NCBI RefSeq assembly: GCF_001194135.2
Contig: NC_068981.1
Location: 28,376,286 to 28,440,285, forward strand
Source of the DNA: Octopus bimaculoides
Lineage: Eukaryota
Direction: 5' to 3'
DNA: 64,000 bases
The position numbers were made by a program, and so were the translations under genes. The notes under the pieces are model-generated. The model made no database searches. It saw nothing but the letters and a program-made list of their open reading frames with translations, and was not told the origin of the DNA. The stretch's first letter is position 1, and every line of letters starts with the position of its first letter. This document shows positions 27,630-42,577 of this stretch, in pieces.

Positions 27630-28686
27630 CCTATAATTTCAGTCAAAAATTTTGTTGTGATTCGGTCAAAGAGCCAATCATGTGATTCAAAATTCTTTGT
27701 GAAATGACTTCAAGGGGAATTATGATCTGGTGGGTATTTCCTCTCATACACGAACAAACACATACTCTCACACACACTCACACACACAATCAAATACATA
27801 CATACACACACACACACACACATGTATGTATGTAATGGCGGATGCACTTACGACATGAAGCTGTGTTAAAAATGGCTTTAAGTAGCCAAGAGTGTGACTC
27901 CTGCCACGAAGGAAGACATCGTTAGGGAGAAACAGATAAACACAGATCACTTAGAGAGACACTTTTGAAAGGAAAGATGTCTGAAGCTAGAGGACGATTA
28001 TGAGTGTGCGTGTATGAGAGCGCGTGTGTATATATGTGTGTGTGTTTGTGTGTGTGATTGTGAGTATGTGTGCATGTGTGTGTTGGGATAGACAAAGAGA
28101 AAGACAAATAGGCAGAGAGAGAAGCACAAAGAAAGAGTACTATATATATATATATAAAAAAAGGATTCAGAGAAGTGAAATGGAAGAAAAGAATATGAGA
28201 AAGAGGAAATATATAAAGCAAGATCTAGAACAAAGAGGGAGAGAGGGGGTGAGAAAAAGGTAAAAAAGAAAAGAAAAAGATAGACTAAGAACAAATATAT
28301 AAACATATAAATCAATGATGTTGAAAAAATATAAAAAATATATTAAAAATATATAAAAAAAAAGTAGGTAAGCTACGAGAGGAAGAAAGGCTGGAAGAGA
28401 TAGAAAAGACGTTACATTTAATTTCCGGTGTTTAATTAGGTTCTCGCTAGCTCCGTAACATTTATAGTCCAGCCAGCTTCAGTTGTGGTCTACTGTAACC
28501 ACACACACACGCACGCGCGCAGGCACGCAAGCACGTAGGCACGCTGACGCGCACGTACGTATTAAAAAGCATGGGATGTATAGAGAAACGAAAGCCAAAA
28601 TGACAAAAAAGGAACGAAGAGAAAGAAAGAGAAAGGAAGAAAACTCGTTGATGAAAAAAGTAAACTAGAAAAAAAAACTACACACA

Positions 28687-28725
<39 letters not shown>

Positions 28726-28754
28726 TGTGTACACAGACACATCCACATACAGAT

Positions 28755-28796
<42 letters not shown>

Positions 28797-29155
28797 ATAC
28801 ATATACATATATACACATATATATAAAATGGCGGTAGATATAAAAGAGGATATGGACGATACAAAAAAACAAAACAAAGGACAGAGAAAAATGTAACAAA
28901 AGAGATTTTTATGTTTTGTTCTTTTTACTTTTTTTTTAAAAAAAGAGGGAGATAAGGAACAACGAAACGAAAAACAGAGAAACAGAGAAACAAAATTATA
29001 TATAAAAGCAGAAATGTGTATAAGAGGTTTTTAAAAAGTGCAATCAGAAAAAAGTTCAAAACCTAGATTAAAAACAAGGACTTTGGAATGTAGGATATAA
29101 TGGCGGTGTGTATATCTGTGTGTGCATATGTATGTTTGAATATATATATGTATGT

Positions 29156-29189
<34 letters not shown>

Positions 29190-29217
29190 AACATATGTCT
29201 ATTTATGTATTTGTCTA

Positions 29218-29255
<38 letters not shown>

Positions 29256-29764
29256 TAAAAAGTACGTATACAGATATGTCTATGTATAGGCACATATATA
29301 TGTGTATATATGCATTTGAATATATATGTATATGTATGGATATATGCATATATTTATATATTATTCATATATATATATATATNNNNNNNNNNNNNNNNNN
29401 NNNNNNNNNNNNNNNNNNNNNNNNNNNNNNNNNNNNNNNNNNNNNNNNNNNNNNNNNNNNNNNNNNNNNNNNNNNNNNNNNNNNNNNNNNNNNNNNNNNN
29501 NNNNNNNNNNNNNNNNNNNNNNNNNNNNNNNNNNNNNNNNNNNNNNNNNNNNNNNNNNNNNNNNNNNNNNNNNNNNNNNNNNNNNNNNNNNNNNNNNNNN
29601 NNNNNNNNNNNNNNNNNNNNNNNNNNNNNNNNNNNNNNNNNNNNNNNNNNNNNNNNNNNNNNNNNNNNNNNNNNNNNNNNNNNNNNNNNNNNNNNNNNNN
29701 NNNNNNNNNNNNNNNNNNNNNNNNNNNNNNNNNNNNNNNNNNNNNNNNNNNNNNNNNNNNGTGA

Positions 29765-29816
29765 CCAGACAGAGACAGACAGACGGACGGATGGACAGAC
29801 AGAAAGACAGACAGAC

Positions 29817-29863
<47 letters not shown>

Positions 29864-29964
29864 AATGGATCTACAGAGACAGACAGACACACAGACAGAC
29901 ACACAGACAGACAGGCAAGCAGACAGACAAACAGACAGACGGACGGACGGACAGACAGATAGAC

Positions 29965-30028
<64 letters not shown>

Positions 30029-30040
30029 CGATTGATAGAA
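29765..30040. repeat. (GACA)n/(GATA)n tetranucleotide tract
   Basis: Directly visible in the sequence. Confidence 0.95.
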
Positions 30041-30440
30041 TGATAGATCTAGTTAAAGATCGAGGTGTATGAAAATGAAACACACAACACTTGATGGCTT
30101 GACAGTATAATAGAAATCAACAGACAAACAATGTCTTCCATTTGTGAAGTGTTAATCAATGAAGAGAAGTTCACTGCTGTTTGATAATCCACAAATCGAA
30201 GAGTACCCGAATAGAGTAGCACTTTTAGCGTGACGTAATATAATGATAATGATAATAAAACATGTATGGATTATATGGTCTTACTACAATGTTTCATTAC
30301 AAGATTCATCTGTTAGGTAACATGGTACATTGAATAATATAAAACGCACCGCACCGCAGCCATAAGATGATGCAGTACATTAACCTCCCATATCATCAGG
30401 CAATCTTATGTGGGTCAAATTATTTGATATATTGTCAGGC

Positions 30441-30673
30441 TGGCAATAAGCTTCCTTACCAACCACATGTTTGTATCTATGTTTGTCCACCCACCCTCAC
30501 CACCATCGCTTGACAACCAATGTTGCTGTGTTTACGCCCCCTTCACCTAGCGATTCGACAAAAGGTGACCGATAGAAAATGTATTAGGCCTACAAAGAAC
30601 AAGTTGGGTGGGGGGTTTCAATTTGTTCGACTAAGGGTATGCCCGCAGTCAAATGACTGAATCACGTTAAAGA
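30441..30673 (+). mobile_element. SINE family A with an internal deletion
   Basis: The head fragment cttaccaaccacatg is joined directly to the 3' half tttgtcc...catcgcttgacaacc...cgcagtcaaatgactga. Confidence 0.75.
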
Positions 30674-30718
30674 ACAATATATATACAAATATATATATAT
30701 ATATATGTAAGATACATA

Positions 30719-30762
<44 letters not shown>

Positions 30763-30781
30763 TGCATACATACATACATAC

Positions 30782-30814
<33 letters not shown>

Positions 30815-31060
30815 NNNNNNNNNNNNNNNNNNNNNNNNNNNNNNNNNNNNNNNNNNNNNNNNNNNNNNNNNNNNNNNNNNNNNNNNNNNNNNNNNNNNNN
30901 NNNNNNNNNNNNNNNNNNNNNNNNNNNNNNNNNNNNNNNNNNNNNNNNNNTATATATACACACATATATATAGATGCATATATGCATACATACATACATA
31001 CATACATACATGCATGCATACATACATACATGCATGCATACATACATATTTATATGCTTT

Positions 31061-31206
31061 ATCTTTTACTTGTTTCCATCAATCATTATACTGCGGCCAT
31101 ATTGGGGAACCGCATTGAAAAACTTTAGTCGAACGAATCGACCCCAGTACTTATTTTTTAAAGCTTAGTCTTTATTCAATCCACTTCATTTGCCGAACCG
31201 CTAAGT
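31061..31206 (-). mobile_element. SINE family A, 3' portion
   Basis: cttttacttgtttc...tgcggccata...tttagtcgaacgaatcgaccccagtacttat...ttgccgaaccgctaagt is the reverse complement of the A 3' part. Confidence 0.75.
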
Positions 31207-32277
31207 CTTCATTGTAGGCTAAGTATAGAAGCAGCCCCCGGGGTAGAAAATTTGGGCATTACGATTATTATTTTTTTTTTTTCCGTCAGGGGCCTATATG
31301 CCCTGACGTCGGAGTATTTTCTATAGTCAATATTCGGTGAAAACTTATAGTTGTATTTACGAAACTTTCATTCGTCAATGATTCTTAACGTACGCAGTAT
31401 ACAGGCATTCACATACGTAGTGAGCTGTCTTGAAATGTTATGTTACTGTAATACTTTCTAGTAATATTCTTTCAAATTGTGACTTTCTTGTGATTCTGTT
31501 TAAAGTGAATTTATTCAGTGTACAACCTTCTAATCCGAAATTGTCTCTACTGACATCTAAAATATCTAAAAAAAAAATTAAACATAAATAAATGAATAAA
31601 TAAGAATACGATAAATTTTTAAAAAAAACCAATATCGTGTGATTTGGCTCAACAGTTTTGTTTTTATTTATTCATTGTTTTCCTTTTCATATGCAGGTTT
31701 ATTTGTTTGTGTAATTTACTGTTTCTTTTCGGCAAGCGTTTAGCGTTTCCCCTCTCTATCCCTCTTTATGTAGCTTTGTATTGTAGCTGTTCCTCTACTC
31801 CACTCACTCTCTCTCTCATATTATAAGAATATTGCTTTACTCAATCAATGAACCAACACCTCAATCAATGCCTCGATATATCAATACATACGTGTTAATT
31901 TTAAAACCACAATCTTGGATCAACATATCTGACGGATTTTGGTTAGTCTCATTCTACACATATCTCTGTCCTAATATAACAAACTATATATTATAGATTT
32001 TAATGTAGCTTTTCCTACGTATTTTGCAATCACATCTACTTGTTGCAGACACCATTTTACGCAGTTTTTATAGAATCAAATACCTACACTTTTAGACAAA
32101 AAGAAATTATTTCATAGTACAAGTAGAAAGAAATATTTTTCAACGCGTAAATACTGATAGAACAGTATACATGGGATAATATCCCTTACAGAGCAGAAAA
32201 CTCTGTCAGCAACCAGAGTCATCGAGCGTTTCTGGATGACTTTATAAGTTATAAATTGCAGAAGAACTTATCAGTAA

Positions 32278-32349
32278 AGCAGTTTAGCTTAATGGTAGAG
32301 CACTTGACCGGAGATCAAATGGATGTGAGTTCGATTCTCATAGCTGGTT
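32278..32349 (+). tRNA. tRNA-Cys-like gene or pseudogene with a GGA anticodon (non-canonical)
   Basis: The sequence folds as a cloverleaf: acceptor AGCAGTT/AGCTGGT (6 of 7 pairs), D stem GCTT/GAGC, anticodon stem CTTGA/TCAAA (4 of 5), loop CCGGAGA, 5-nt variable loop, T stem GTGAG/CTCAT with loop TTCGATT, and discriminator U. The A-box is TAGCTTAATGG and the B-box is GTTCGATTC. TTTTT is at 32359-32363. No SINE body follows. Confidence 0.6.
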
Positions 32350-32920
32350 GCTGGCAGATTTTTCTGCTCTGTAAGGGAATATTATCTCATGTATGCTGTT
32401 CTATCAGTATTTACGCGTTGAAAAATATATCTTTTTGCTCGTACTACAATACATTTCAGCGCTTCAGGAACAAACTTTGTTTACATATGACGTAAATTAT
32501 TTCGTATTTAATTTTTGTCTTTTTTTATCATTACCATTGCCATACTATTGTTGTTTTCAAGACTTTGGAATTTTTTCCTCTAGCATGGAAGAAGGAACGG
32601 CAAGCTTTGTCTTGTTGGGATTTTATCCTAGAACGTAAAGTCTGTTTCGTCACCACTATCACGCCTTTATGGCATCCTCCCGTCCTTTAAGCCTACACTA
32701 ACCACTATGCCTAGCATTTTTTTTCACCCAAGAACTTAAGGTGTCTAGAACCTCTCTGCCGATGTTTCTCCAAAGGCTGTTGATTTGCAACACTTTACAC
32801 CAAATTTTAACGAGAATGAGTTGTGGATTTCAGACGACCTTCAAACGACAAGGGCGCTTCCTCTTCCTTCAGACCCAGAAAGCAAATGAACAAATCTCTC
32901 TCTCTCACTCACTCTTTCTG

Positions 32921-32972
<52 letters not shown>

Positions 32973-33605
32973 AAAGCTTTGTCGTAAACCAAGCTACCTA
33001 CTACGTCAGTCTTTAGTCCCCTTTCATATAGGGTATACATCCGATATTATTGATCGTTGTCAGCTTATATCCATGTTTGTAGAACATCTTAGTTAAAAGA
33101 TCTTGATCCTGGATTGCTTCTGTAATTTATATTTTCTTTTTTACTTTACATTAATTTCAGATTTTAGCCTCTGAGCTACAGATAGCTTTTGCTTCTTGTT
33201 ATAATCCGATTTATTTACTCTTTCTGAGGGAAACTTGACCGCGTAGGGATTTCGGTTCTAGCTTGTTAGTATGTTTGTTTATTTATTACTGAGAAGTTTA
33301 CTTTTGTGTTTTCTTACCATTTTCTTTTTCCTTTTCCTTTCCTTGAAATCTTTGACCTTTCGTGTTTATGCTCAGTTTCGACTTTCGTTTGTTTGTATAT
33401 TGTGTTTGCTTCTGAAATCTATGATTCTTCGATGCATTTCTTTGAACTTGTATGTGTATAGTGTCAGCGTCTTTGTTGTTGTTGTTGCTCAACATTGTTT
33501 CTTATGTAAACATTTACTCCGTTTTGTACTACACACACACGCACACACACTATTTGTATATAGACACACATACATACATACAAACATGCACACACACACA
33601 CACAC

Positions 33606-33653
<48 letters not shown>

Positions 33654-34920
33654 TTATATATACACACATATGAACATACATAAATAGATATAACATTCAT
33701 ATATACATACATAGAGTTTCATACTTTTCTTGGAGCAAAATGACTAAGTTATTCAATGATGTAACACAAGATTCTTGCTATATTCTGTTTTCTATTTCAT
33801 CTTCGTTCTTGCTGTTGTTCCGCCGCTATTTTTCCACCCTTCGTATACTACCACTACCACCACCACAAACACCGCCACTCCCACCTCTTATTTTGCTGCT
33901 ATGATGTTTCCTATTCTTAGTTTTCTTCTTCTCCACTCAACTTTTTATCTTCTTTTGGCCGGATAAATAACCTAGGAGTTAAGCATTGAGGTCCTTTAAG
34001 CAAAGCGCTAAAGCACACAAACATGCATATTATCATGTTCCCGTGCTAGAGATTATAAATAAATTGAGAGATCCAGTGCTTCCATTAGATGTCGAAATTG
34101 TGATGATTCTTGGTCGAAAAAATGACGAGGAATTAAATTAGCCCGTGTCGATTGTTTGTGTTTTTCATGTATTCTGTATGTTCCTTAGTTGACCCCTGTG
34201 CCACAATGTATTGTTATAAATATAATCTATTTATCGCTAGTGTTACAAGTAGATTAGTGCAGAGTAGGTTTGATCAAAAGCAGATACTTATCGAAATTAA
34301 TTCAATAATCATAGTTGTATCATCATTGTGTGTATCAGTGTCCATATAGCTGAAGGTGACTTCCTTTTTTGAAAGCTATATTGTCTAATTTAAGAAATGT
34401 TTGACAAATATTTCTTGCAGATCGAAAGGCCAGCGGAAGGTTTCCTTTCGCTGTTTTGACGCAAATGAAGTGAAAGAGCTAATGGTCATAATTGAAATAG
34501 GATGCGTTATACGGATTACCGGAAACCTGACTCAGTGTTCATGATCATCGTAACTGTAGATAAATTTTTTGAAATACTTTTCGCCATATGTCAGGTTATT
34601 ACTGTGACTAAGCTTTAAGGCTTCATCTAAAAGAACACAAATAGCTAATGCTTGGTTGAAGAGAGAGAGAAAGAGACAGTGAGAGATGGGGTTGTTATTG
34701 TAATGGAAAATTCTCTTTCTCTCAGAATTCATTGTCATCATCAATCCAGATGTCATGTTACGATTTGTTTCTCTAATAAATCTATGTCATCGCCTTTTCT
34801 GTTATACTCCATTATTTCCATCCAATGTGTCCAATGTGGGTTCAACGATGTTACGCATCTGGACATCTGTTGCTCTCTCTCTCTCTTTATCCGTCTATCT
34901 ATCTATCTATCTAGCTAGCT

Positions 34921-34974
<54 letters not shown>

Positions 34975-35383
34975 CTTCCTCTCTTCATATATAAAAATAT
35001 GTATAATTAATGTACATATTAAATAATACATAATGTACACACACATATGACATGCAAGGTATATAGGTGTCTGTCTTGAAATCTATAGCTATTTACCAAA
35101 CAATACAATAAAAGATATCACAAATCTTATAAATGTTTTCGCAATCCTAAATTCAAAGCCTTCTTATGATATTAAAAAATAAAGTAATATATTACATAGA
35201 TAGAAAAAATGAATCTATATATGTGTGTGTGTGTGTAATATGTATAATATTATGTAATGTATACATATTATATAGCATGTATATATTATATATATATGAT
35301 ATTTATATAATATATATGACATTCTATAATATACATTATATTTGTATACATGGGAGCGAAGAGAAAGAGAGAAAGAGAGAGAG

Positions 35384-35430
<47 letters not shown>

Positions 35431-35933
35431 AATAGAGAGAAATGTATACAATGGGAATCCACATCATGTCGGTTAATAGTTCACTCTTGATCATCAGTCC
35501 AGATGTTAAGGTCTTTTCCTCTACTAAATCATTCCAGCATCACCTGTCCAGATGCTGCGTTGTACTCTAGCCCAATATTGAACGTGTATTTAGCCTTGCT
35601 CCATATTTTATTCCTCTGTTATAATTAATTGATTCGTATCACAAGACCAGATGAAACAGCTACCAACTTCAACGCCAACAACAAAACACATCATCGCCAC
35701 CACCATCATCATCATCATCACCATCATCATTATCAATAATAAATAAATAAGACTGCCATTGATTATGATGAGTCATTTCTGTAGCTCTCATATCCAGTAT
35801 TGTCCATTCACATTTCTTCCTTCATCATGTACTTTTATCACCCAACACTTTCTCTCTTGTCCGCTCTACCTACTCCCTCCGTTTGTCTCTGTCCCTGTCT
35901 ATCTAGCTGACATACATACTCTGTCTATCTCCC

Positions 35934-36025
<92 letters not shown>

Positions 36026-36510
36026 ACTTTCCCCTTTTACTCTCTAGTTCTTTCTAGTTCCATCATTTTCCATTTCAATCTGTCTAATTTCCTCAAAGCA
36101 AATTTGTTCTCTGTCTGTGGTTCTTTGTCGATACTAGAAGCAGACAGTAAAAAACTGACTGTACGGTTCTAGTTAAATCGCTGCAACTCAACGACATGTT
36201 TTCCTCGAACCATTACTTAATTCGCTATCACTGTGTGATTTAACGATCGATCTTCTACGTAGTTAGTTGCTTGGTATGCTCGAAATAGCAACCCTTATAA
36301 TCTTGAAAAGAAAAAGAAAGAAAATGAAAGCTATTTTTCGATGACACACTCTGAGGTGTACCGCCAATTATAAAGATGAAATGCTTATGAATAGAATATG
36401 TTCAATATATTTACTCATTGAGCGTTCATTCAGGAAAAATAAGAGCAACAGTATTGTGAGTTACAACTAATTCCTTGTCGCCTGATATTGTTATAGTCTA
36501 AATTAATAAT

Positions 36511-37335
36511 GGTTTAAATGTTGGCAGAAGGCCAGCATTATGGAGGACAGGGTAAGTTGATTACATCAACCCCAGTACTCAACTGGTACATATATAATCA
36601 ACTCCGAGAGGATAAAAGGCAATGTCGATCCCGGTGGTATTTGATCTCAGAATGTACAATCAGAAGAAATACTGTTAAGTTCTTTTTCCGGAGCAGTAAT
36701 TATTCTGCCAGCTCACCGCCCTAGCTTGAAATATTAATAATAGTAGTTACTAATGTAGGCACAAGGCCAGTAATTTTGAGTGGAGAGAATTAGTCGATCT
36801 AGTCGATCGTTCCAAAAGGATGGAACGAAAAGTTGATTTCGGCAAGAATCGAACTCAGAATATATAGCTTCTGACCGAACACTAAAGAGTCTGAGGCGCT
36901 AACTATTCGACGTATTCACCACCTCGAATAGTTGTTTGAAATTTAGGCAAAAGACTAGAAATTATAAGAAGAGGAGGATTAGTCGATTACATCAACTCCC
37001 AGTTGGATGAAGATTAAAGCTGACTTCGGTAAGATTTGAGCTCAGAACGTAAATTACTTGAAGAAATACCGTAAGGAAGTTTGGCCTTTCTTTTTTACGA
37101 TTCTACAAACTCACCATCCTTGATGATGAGTTCTACCATAAGCATATTCAGTACACATATTCAGTGGTGGGGAAAAATCAATTAAATCGACTCCAGTACT
37201 TGTCAAATATTTATTTGATTCACCTTGAAAGGACTAAAGTAAAATGGATGCCTGTGGGATTTGAACTCAAAGCATAAAGAGAACGTAACTGAATAACGTA
37301 GAACATGTTATACAGCGTTCGACCGATTCTGCCAG
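36511..37335 (-). mobile_element. Four head-to-tail SINE family B copies
   Basis: Units lie at about 36511-36722, 36751-36923, 36934-37121 and 37160-37335. Each has variants of gtcgattacatc, gatttgaactcagaa and ctcaccgcc/attctgcca. Confidence 0.7.
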
Positions 37336-37351
37336 AATAGTAACAACAGTA

Positions 37352-37397
<46 letters not shown>

Positions 37398-38724
37398 TGT
37401 GCGTGCGTGCGTGCGATGAATTCCCAACTGCGAGCCTGTCTCTTCCCACTTCTTCATTATATATACATATAAATATATGTCTGGCTCTTTATTGTCATGT
37501 CTGTTCCCGCAGAAACTCATGCGCTTCTTCGTGATTCGTTACACACACGCATGCGCACATGCGTATGCGTGTCAGTATGTGGTTGTAGAGTGAGGATGTC
37601 AGAGTAAGTTAGATAATAAGACAAAAACTTATACATGTATGCATGCTTACACACATATCTAGATATCTATAGATCTTTTCGTACAATCTATGTAGCCATC
37701 ATTCTTTGCACATATATCATTCAGTGTACTTTTATAATTATCTATTCAAGACCATTTCGGTTGATAAATGGTCCACATGGCAGCTCTCCTTAATCAGACG
37801 TATGGCACGAAGGTAGCGAATCAAACATGTTACTGCAATTCACAGGTCCAGTACACCCGCATTTACAAAAGTAATAAATCTAGCGTTTCAGGTTTGACCA
37901 TCGTTATAAACAACTATGACAATGTTATATTTATCAAGGACTTGATGTCCTGAAGATCTAGAATCTAGAACATTCTTGACGCCATTTTACTTCATTCTTC
38001 TCTTTACATTTTTATTATGTATGTATCTAATCTGAGATAAAATTAATGATTAGATTCAACACATAGGAAGATAATACCCAATTTGCCAAGCCTACTAGGT
38101 AGCTACCATAGTTACATATAGTCGCCGTCCAATTCAATGTTCCCTTCAATTGTACAATGACATTGAACCTTCTATGAGGAAGAAACAGTTCTGGCTTTGC
38201 CACGGACTTAGGGGCTAATCGATAACACTAACAAAGCAACGCAAAAGCTCCTTCATGGTTGGAAGAAACAGCTACCACTCTATAAACTTTGAACACTACT
38301 GTTTTTGGATAAGACCCAAACCAATAATATTTTCAATCCGATGTATAAATTTATGAAATGTCATTAGAGCATACACTGAAAATATATCGTAAAGTCTCTG
38401 CCCCTACTTTATTTCTTTCTGCTGTCTAATATAGTATTTGTTGTATGGTATGATCATAAACAAACTGCCATTTTCAGCGTACAGTCTAGCTGTTCACTTC
38501 AGTATAGCACATTGGCATTGTATTCTCTATGTTTCTGCTATTAAAATTTCACCCCTCTCCTTTCGATGTTCCTATACATAAAATACATGTATACAAACAT
38601 AATACATATCTTCATATACACTGCCACATAGACGCACTTTTGAACAATATAGTTGTGTGCATCTGTATACAGTACAAAGCACACGTATATAGACAATATT
38701 TATACGTGCAAATACACAAAAGCA

Positions 38725-38783
<59 letters not shown>

Positions 38784-39652
38784 CAGACACTGTTACATAC
38801 AAATACATACACATCTAAAATAGACACACACACACATGTGCTTGTGCGTGCGTGTGAAGCAGAATGCAACCGTGTGTGTACACATGTGTGTTTGTGAATA
38901 AGTGAGTAAATGTGCGTATAAACATAGAATGTTTTACATTCTCATACATACATTTTCATGTATTCTCTTATCCAGCTCGTATTGAAGTCTGCAACGCACA
39001 AACCTAAGTGGAGCGCTGGTCTTAGAATTTATATCCACCATTAGATCCTGATATTTATCGATATGCCTCCGGGGCATTACAGTGCACAGGCATTCGCCGA
39101 ATACCGCTATGTTCACGCATACACAATGTGACGTATGCATGCGCATCAATACACACACACATTCACAATTGCATACATGCTGCTCCCTCTCTTTCTCTGT
39201 ATAATATCTATGTGTACGTAGGTACGTTACGTACATACATATATATGTATATAAGTACTTGCATATATATGTGTGTGTCTATGTGTGTGTGTACGTATGT
39301 ATGTTTACATTGGAATACAGAATTATAAGGATCAATAGTGTATAAGGAAGACGAGATATAAGAGGGGGAAGAGACGATAAAATAGTGTGCACGTTATTTA
39401 CATTTGGTTCTGATTCTATTTTAATTACATGGATACTTCAAGATCTCAGTCATCCCTGTACTCAATCAAGAAATAGTGACATACATTTACGAACACGAAC
39501 GCACGCACTTACTCTTTCAAATGCGTACAAATACGCACATACATACATGCAAATATATGTATGTGTATTCATCTCTATAGATATACACACACACATATAT
39601 ACAAACATACATGCGTACATACATACATACATACATACATACACACATACAC

Positions 39653-39728
<76 letters not shown>

Positions 39729-39913
39729 ATATATATATATAATGTATATGGCTATGTGAATATATGAGTACACACATACACATATAAACATATACGTATA
39801 AATGCATGCACACACACATGTAAATACATACATAGATATGCAGATTCATATGTATATAAATGTGTACACATATATTTACATAAACGTACATGCATACGCA
39901 TACATAAATGCAG

Positions 39914-39944
<31 letters not shown>

Positions 39945-40242
39945 CATGCACGTCTAAAAACATACACTCACACATACATATACATATAAACACACTTACA
40001 CTATTTTACAATGTATAGCAGACAGTTCTTGCGAATGATCTCAGTCGCAACACAGCAGATTTTCTAAGATTTTGCTCGCTCGTTGCTCAACTCTTTTCCA
40101 CGGCACACCAAGGTCGATATTCTCTTCCCGCTCTTTCTCTCACACGCACACACTTGCACACATGCGTACATACACTCACTCACACTGAGTCGGCTAATGG
40201 GTATCAGGATCAGAAATTACTATTGTTATTAACTTTATAGTC

Positions 40243-40450
40243 AAGGTGGTGAGCGGGACAAATCGTTAAGCAAGCCGGACAACATGTATTTCGTCCGTCT
40301 GCACGTTCTGTGTTCAATTTCCGGCAAAGTCACCTTTGCCTTTCACTCTTCCGGAGTCGATGTAATAAGTACCAGTTGAGCACTGGGGTCGATGTAATTG
40401 ACTTACTTCTTCCTCCAAACTTGCTCGACTCGTACCAAAATTTGAAACCA
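40243..40450 (+). mobile_element. SINE family B
   Basis: aaggtggtgagc...aataagtaccagttgagcactggggtcgatgtaattgactta...ccaaaatttgaaacc covers head to tail. Confidence 0.85.
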
Positions 40451-40570
40451 ATACTACCGTAGTAGTTTCAGAAAAAGCACTATTTACATACTTTCATTGC
40501 CGGATATTCTTATTGTCTCCGTTACGAGGTCCTTAAATTTGTGTATTTTCGCCATTTCATTTATTTATTG

Positions 40571-40674
<104 letters not shown>

Positions 40675-41232
40675 TATAGTGTGTTGGGACGACTGATAGT
40701 TCAGTTGACGGGCACTTTTACTCAAAGAGTCCTTCACAACTTTATCTAAGCGATTCACCTTAATCTCTGTCTGTGTGGAATAGAATAGCCCAAAGTGTGC
40801 TTGTTTTACCATTCCCACAGGCTTTCATTTTTGATTTTTATCAGCATCAGCATCAGCATCACCACTTTTCTGTTGGTACACCACCAGGAGCTTGAGTGTA
40901 CCTTTCCGTTATGAGTTTCAACCACACCCACGACATTTAACAGAATATGAAACAAAATTAAACTCTTCTAGAAATTTGAGGTTATAAGTCAGTTATGAAT
41001 GTGCGTGTGTGTGTAAGTGTGTAATTGTGTGTGTGTGTGTGCGCGCGCACAGACAATATCAATACTTACGAATCGAAATGTATATTTATAAATTTGTATT
41101 GATAAATCTTCTTTTTGGCAATAATCAATATATCTTGTAGAATAAATTTCTTATAATAAATTTTCCCTTTTATTGCACTTTGTAATTGTTATACGGAAGC
41201 ATAAACTTATCATATATACACACAGTTCACTT

Positions 41233-41299
<67 letters not shown>

Positions 41300-41539
41300 T
41301 TCACACACACACGAACGCACATACACACACTTACATACATACACTCATATATANNNNNNNNNNNNNNNNNNNNNNNNNNNNNNNNNNNNNNNNNNNNNNN
41401 NNNNNNNNNNNNNNNNNNNNNNNNNNNNNNNNNNNNNNNNNNNNNNNNNNNNNNNNNNNNNNNNNNNNNNNNNNNNNNNNNNNNNNNNNNNNNNNNNNNN
41501 NNNNNNNNNNNNNNNNNNNNNNNNNNNNNNNNNNNNNNN

Positions 41540-41577
<38 letters not shown>

Positions 41578-42537
41578 AATATACATATTTATATATATTA
41601 TGTGCTACCATTAATCCAGTCACGTTTTTTACCTCTCTCCGTTTTTTTCTTTTCCTCTCCCCATCTGTTTTCTCTTTTCATTTCTTTCTGTAAAAGAGAG
41701 TATGCTTGAAACGTCAATGATTTCACTTTTCCTGAGTGATAAACTAATACACCTTGCTTGTATTAGTATTCCTCACCTGTTTCTGTCATGTTTTTTTTCT
41801 TCTTTTGTACAATTTCGAACTAAATATGTGTGTGAGTGCACGTGTGTGCGTGCGTGCATGTGTGTCTTTATGCAAACATCTGTGGCATGTTGTGCTGGTT
41901 GTCATAATTTGTATCACCACGCTAGCTCTAATCCACCACTTTGGTTAATTTGACTCTAATTTCATTTAGGTTTTGCATCCGAGTGCTTATTATTAGATAT
42001 GAGGAAAAATTATGACTAGATCATATCATGATACGGTAACAACAGAATTACTATAAATAAATGCAACAAATTCGGTAGTAATATTGCGCTGGCCCTGAAA
42101 ACAGTCGTACAAGCAGACAGCCACAAACATATTCACACTCGCTCACACATACGTACAACACCAGCATATATTTATATATCGGGGAAGAGAGATACGTGAA
42201 AGGATAACTGCAAATTGGCAAAAAAGTTGTAAATAGTCGCGACTAAGTACTTAAGATATATTTCAAGAAGAACGATGCTCTTCTATCGCGAAATGTGTTT
42301 GAAGATTTAAGTAGTTATATAAAAACGAATAAATCGTAACATTTGGACAAATATCTTAACTGAGGTGGAGAAGTAACAGAAAAAATCTTCAGTGGAAAAG
42401 TACAAATGAAAATTGCTTATGCTCACGCCCTCTCTCAAAAAAAATCCTATATTATTCTCATTATTCTAGTAGCTTCAGAAAAAGACACCTTTTACTTATT
42501 TGCATTATCAACATGTATTTCTGTACACACACACATA

Positions 42538-42577
<40 letters not shown>

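Noticed and set aside
30098-30112. TTGACAGTATAAT, resembling bacterial -35/-10 boxes
   Set aside because: The boxes are nearly adjacent instead of 17 bp apart, and the context is eukaryotic.
31286-31311. Small GC hairpin cgtcaggg...ccctgacg as a possible Helitron 3' end
   Set aside because: It is not followed by a CTRR terminus and is too far from the 5' end at 18871 to link.
36511-37335. Regularly spaced repeats that might suggest a CRISPR-like array
   Set aside because: The units are about 200-bp degenerate SINE copies, not short identical repeats with unique spacers, and no cas genes are present.
41880-41950. CCAGCHNLYHH motif
   Set aside because: There is no LIM Cys/His spacing, the ORF is microsatellite-derived, and it stops soon after.
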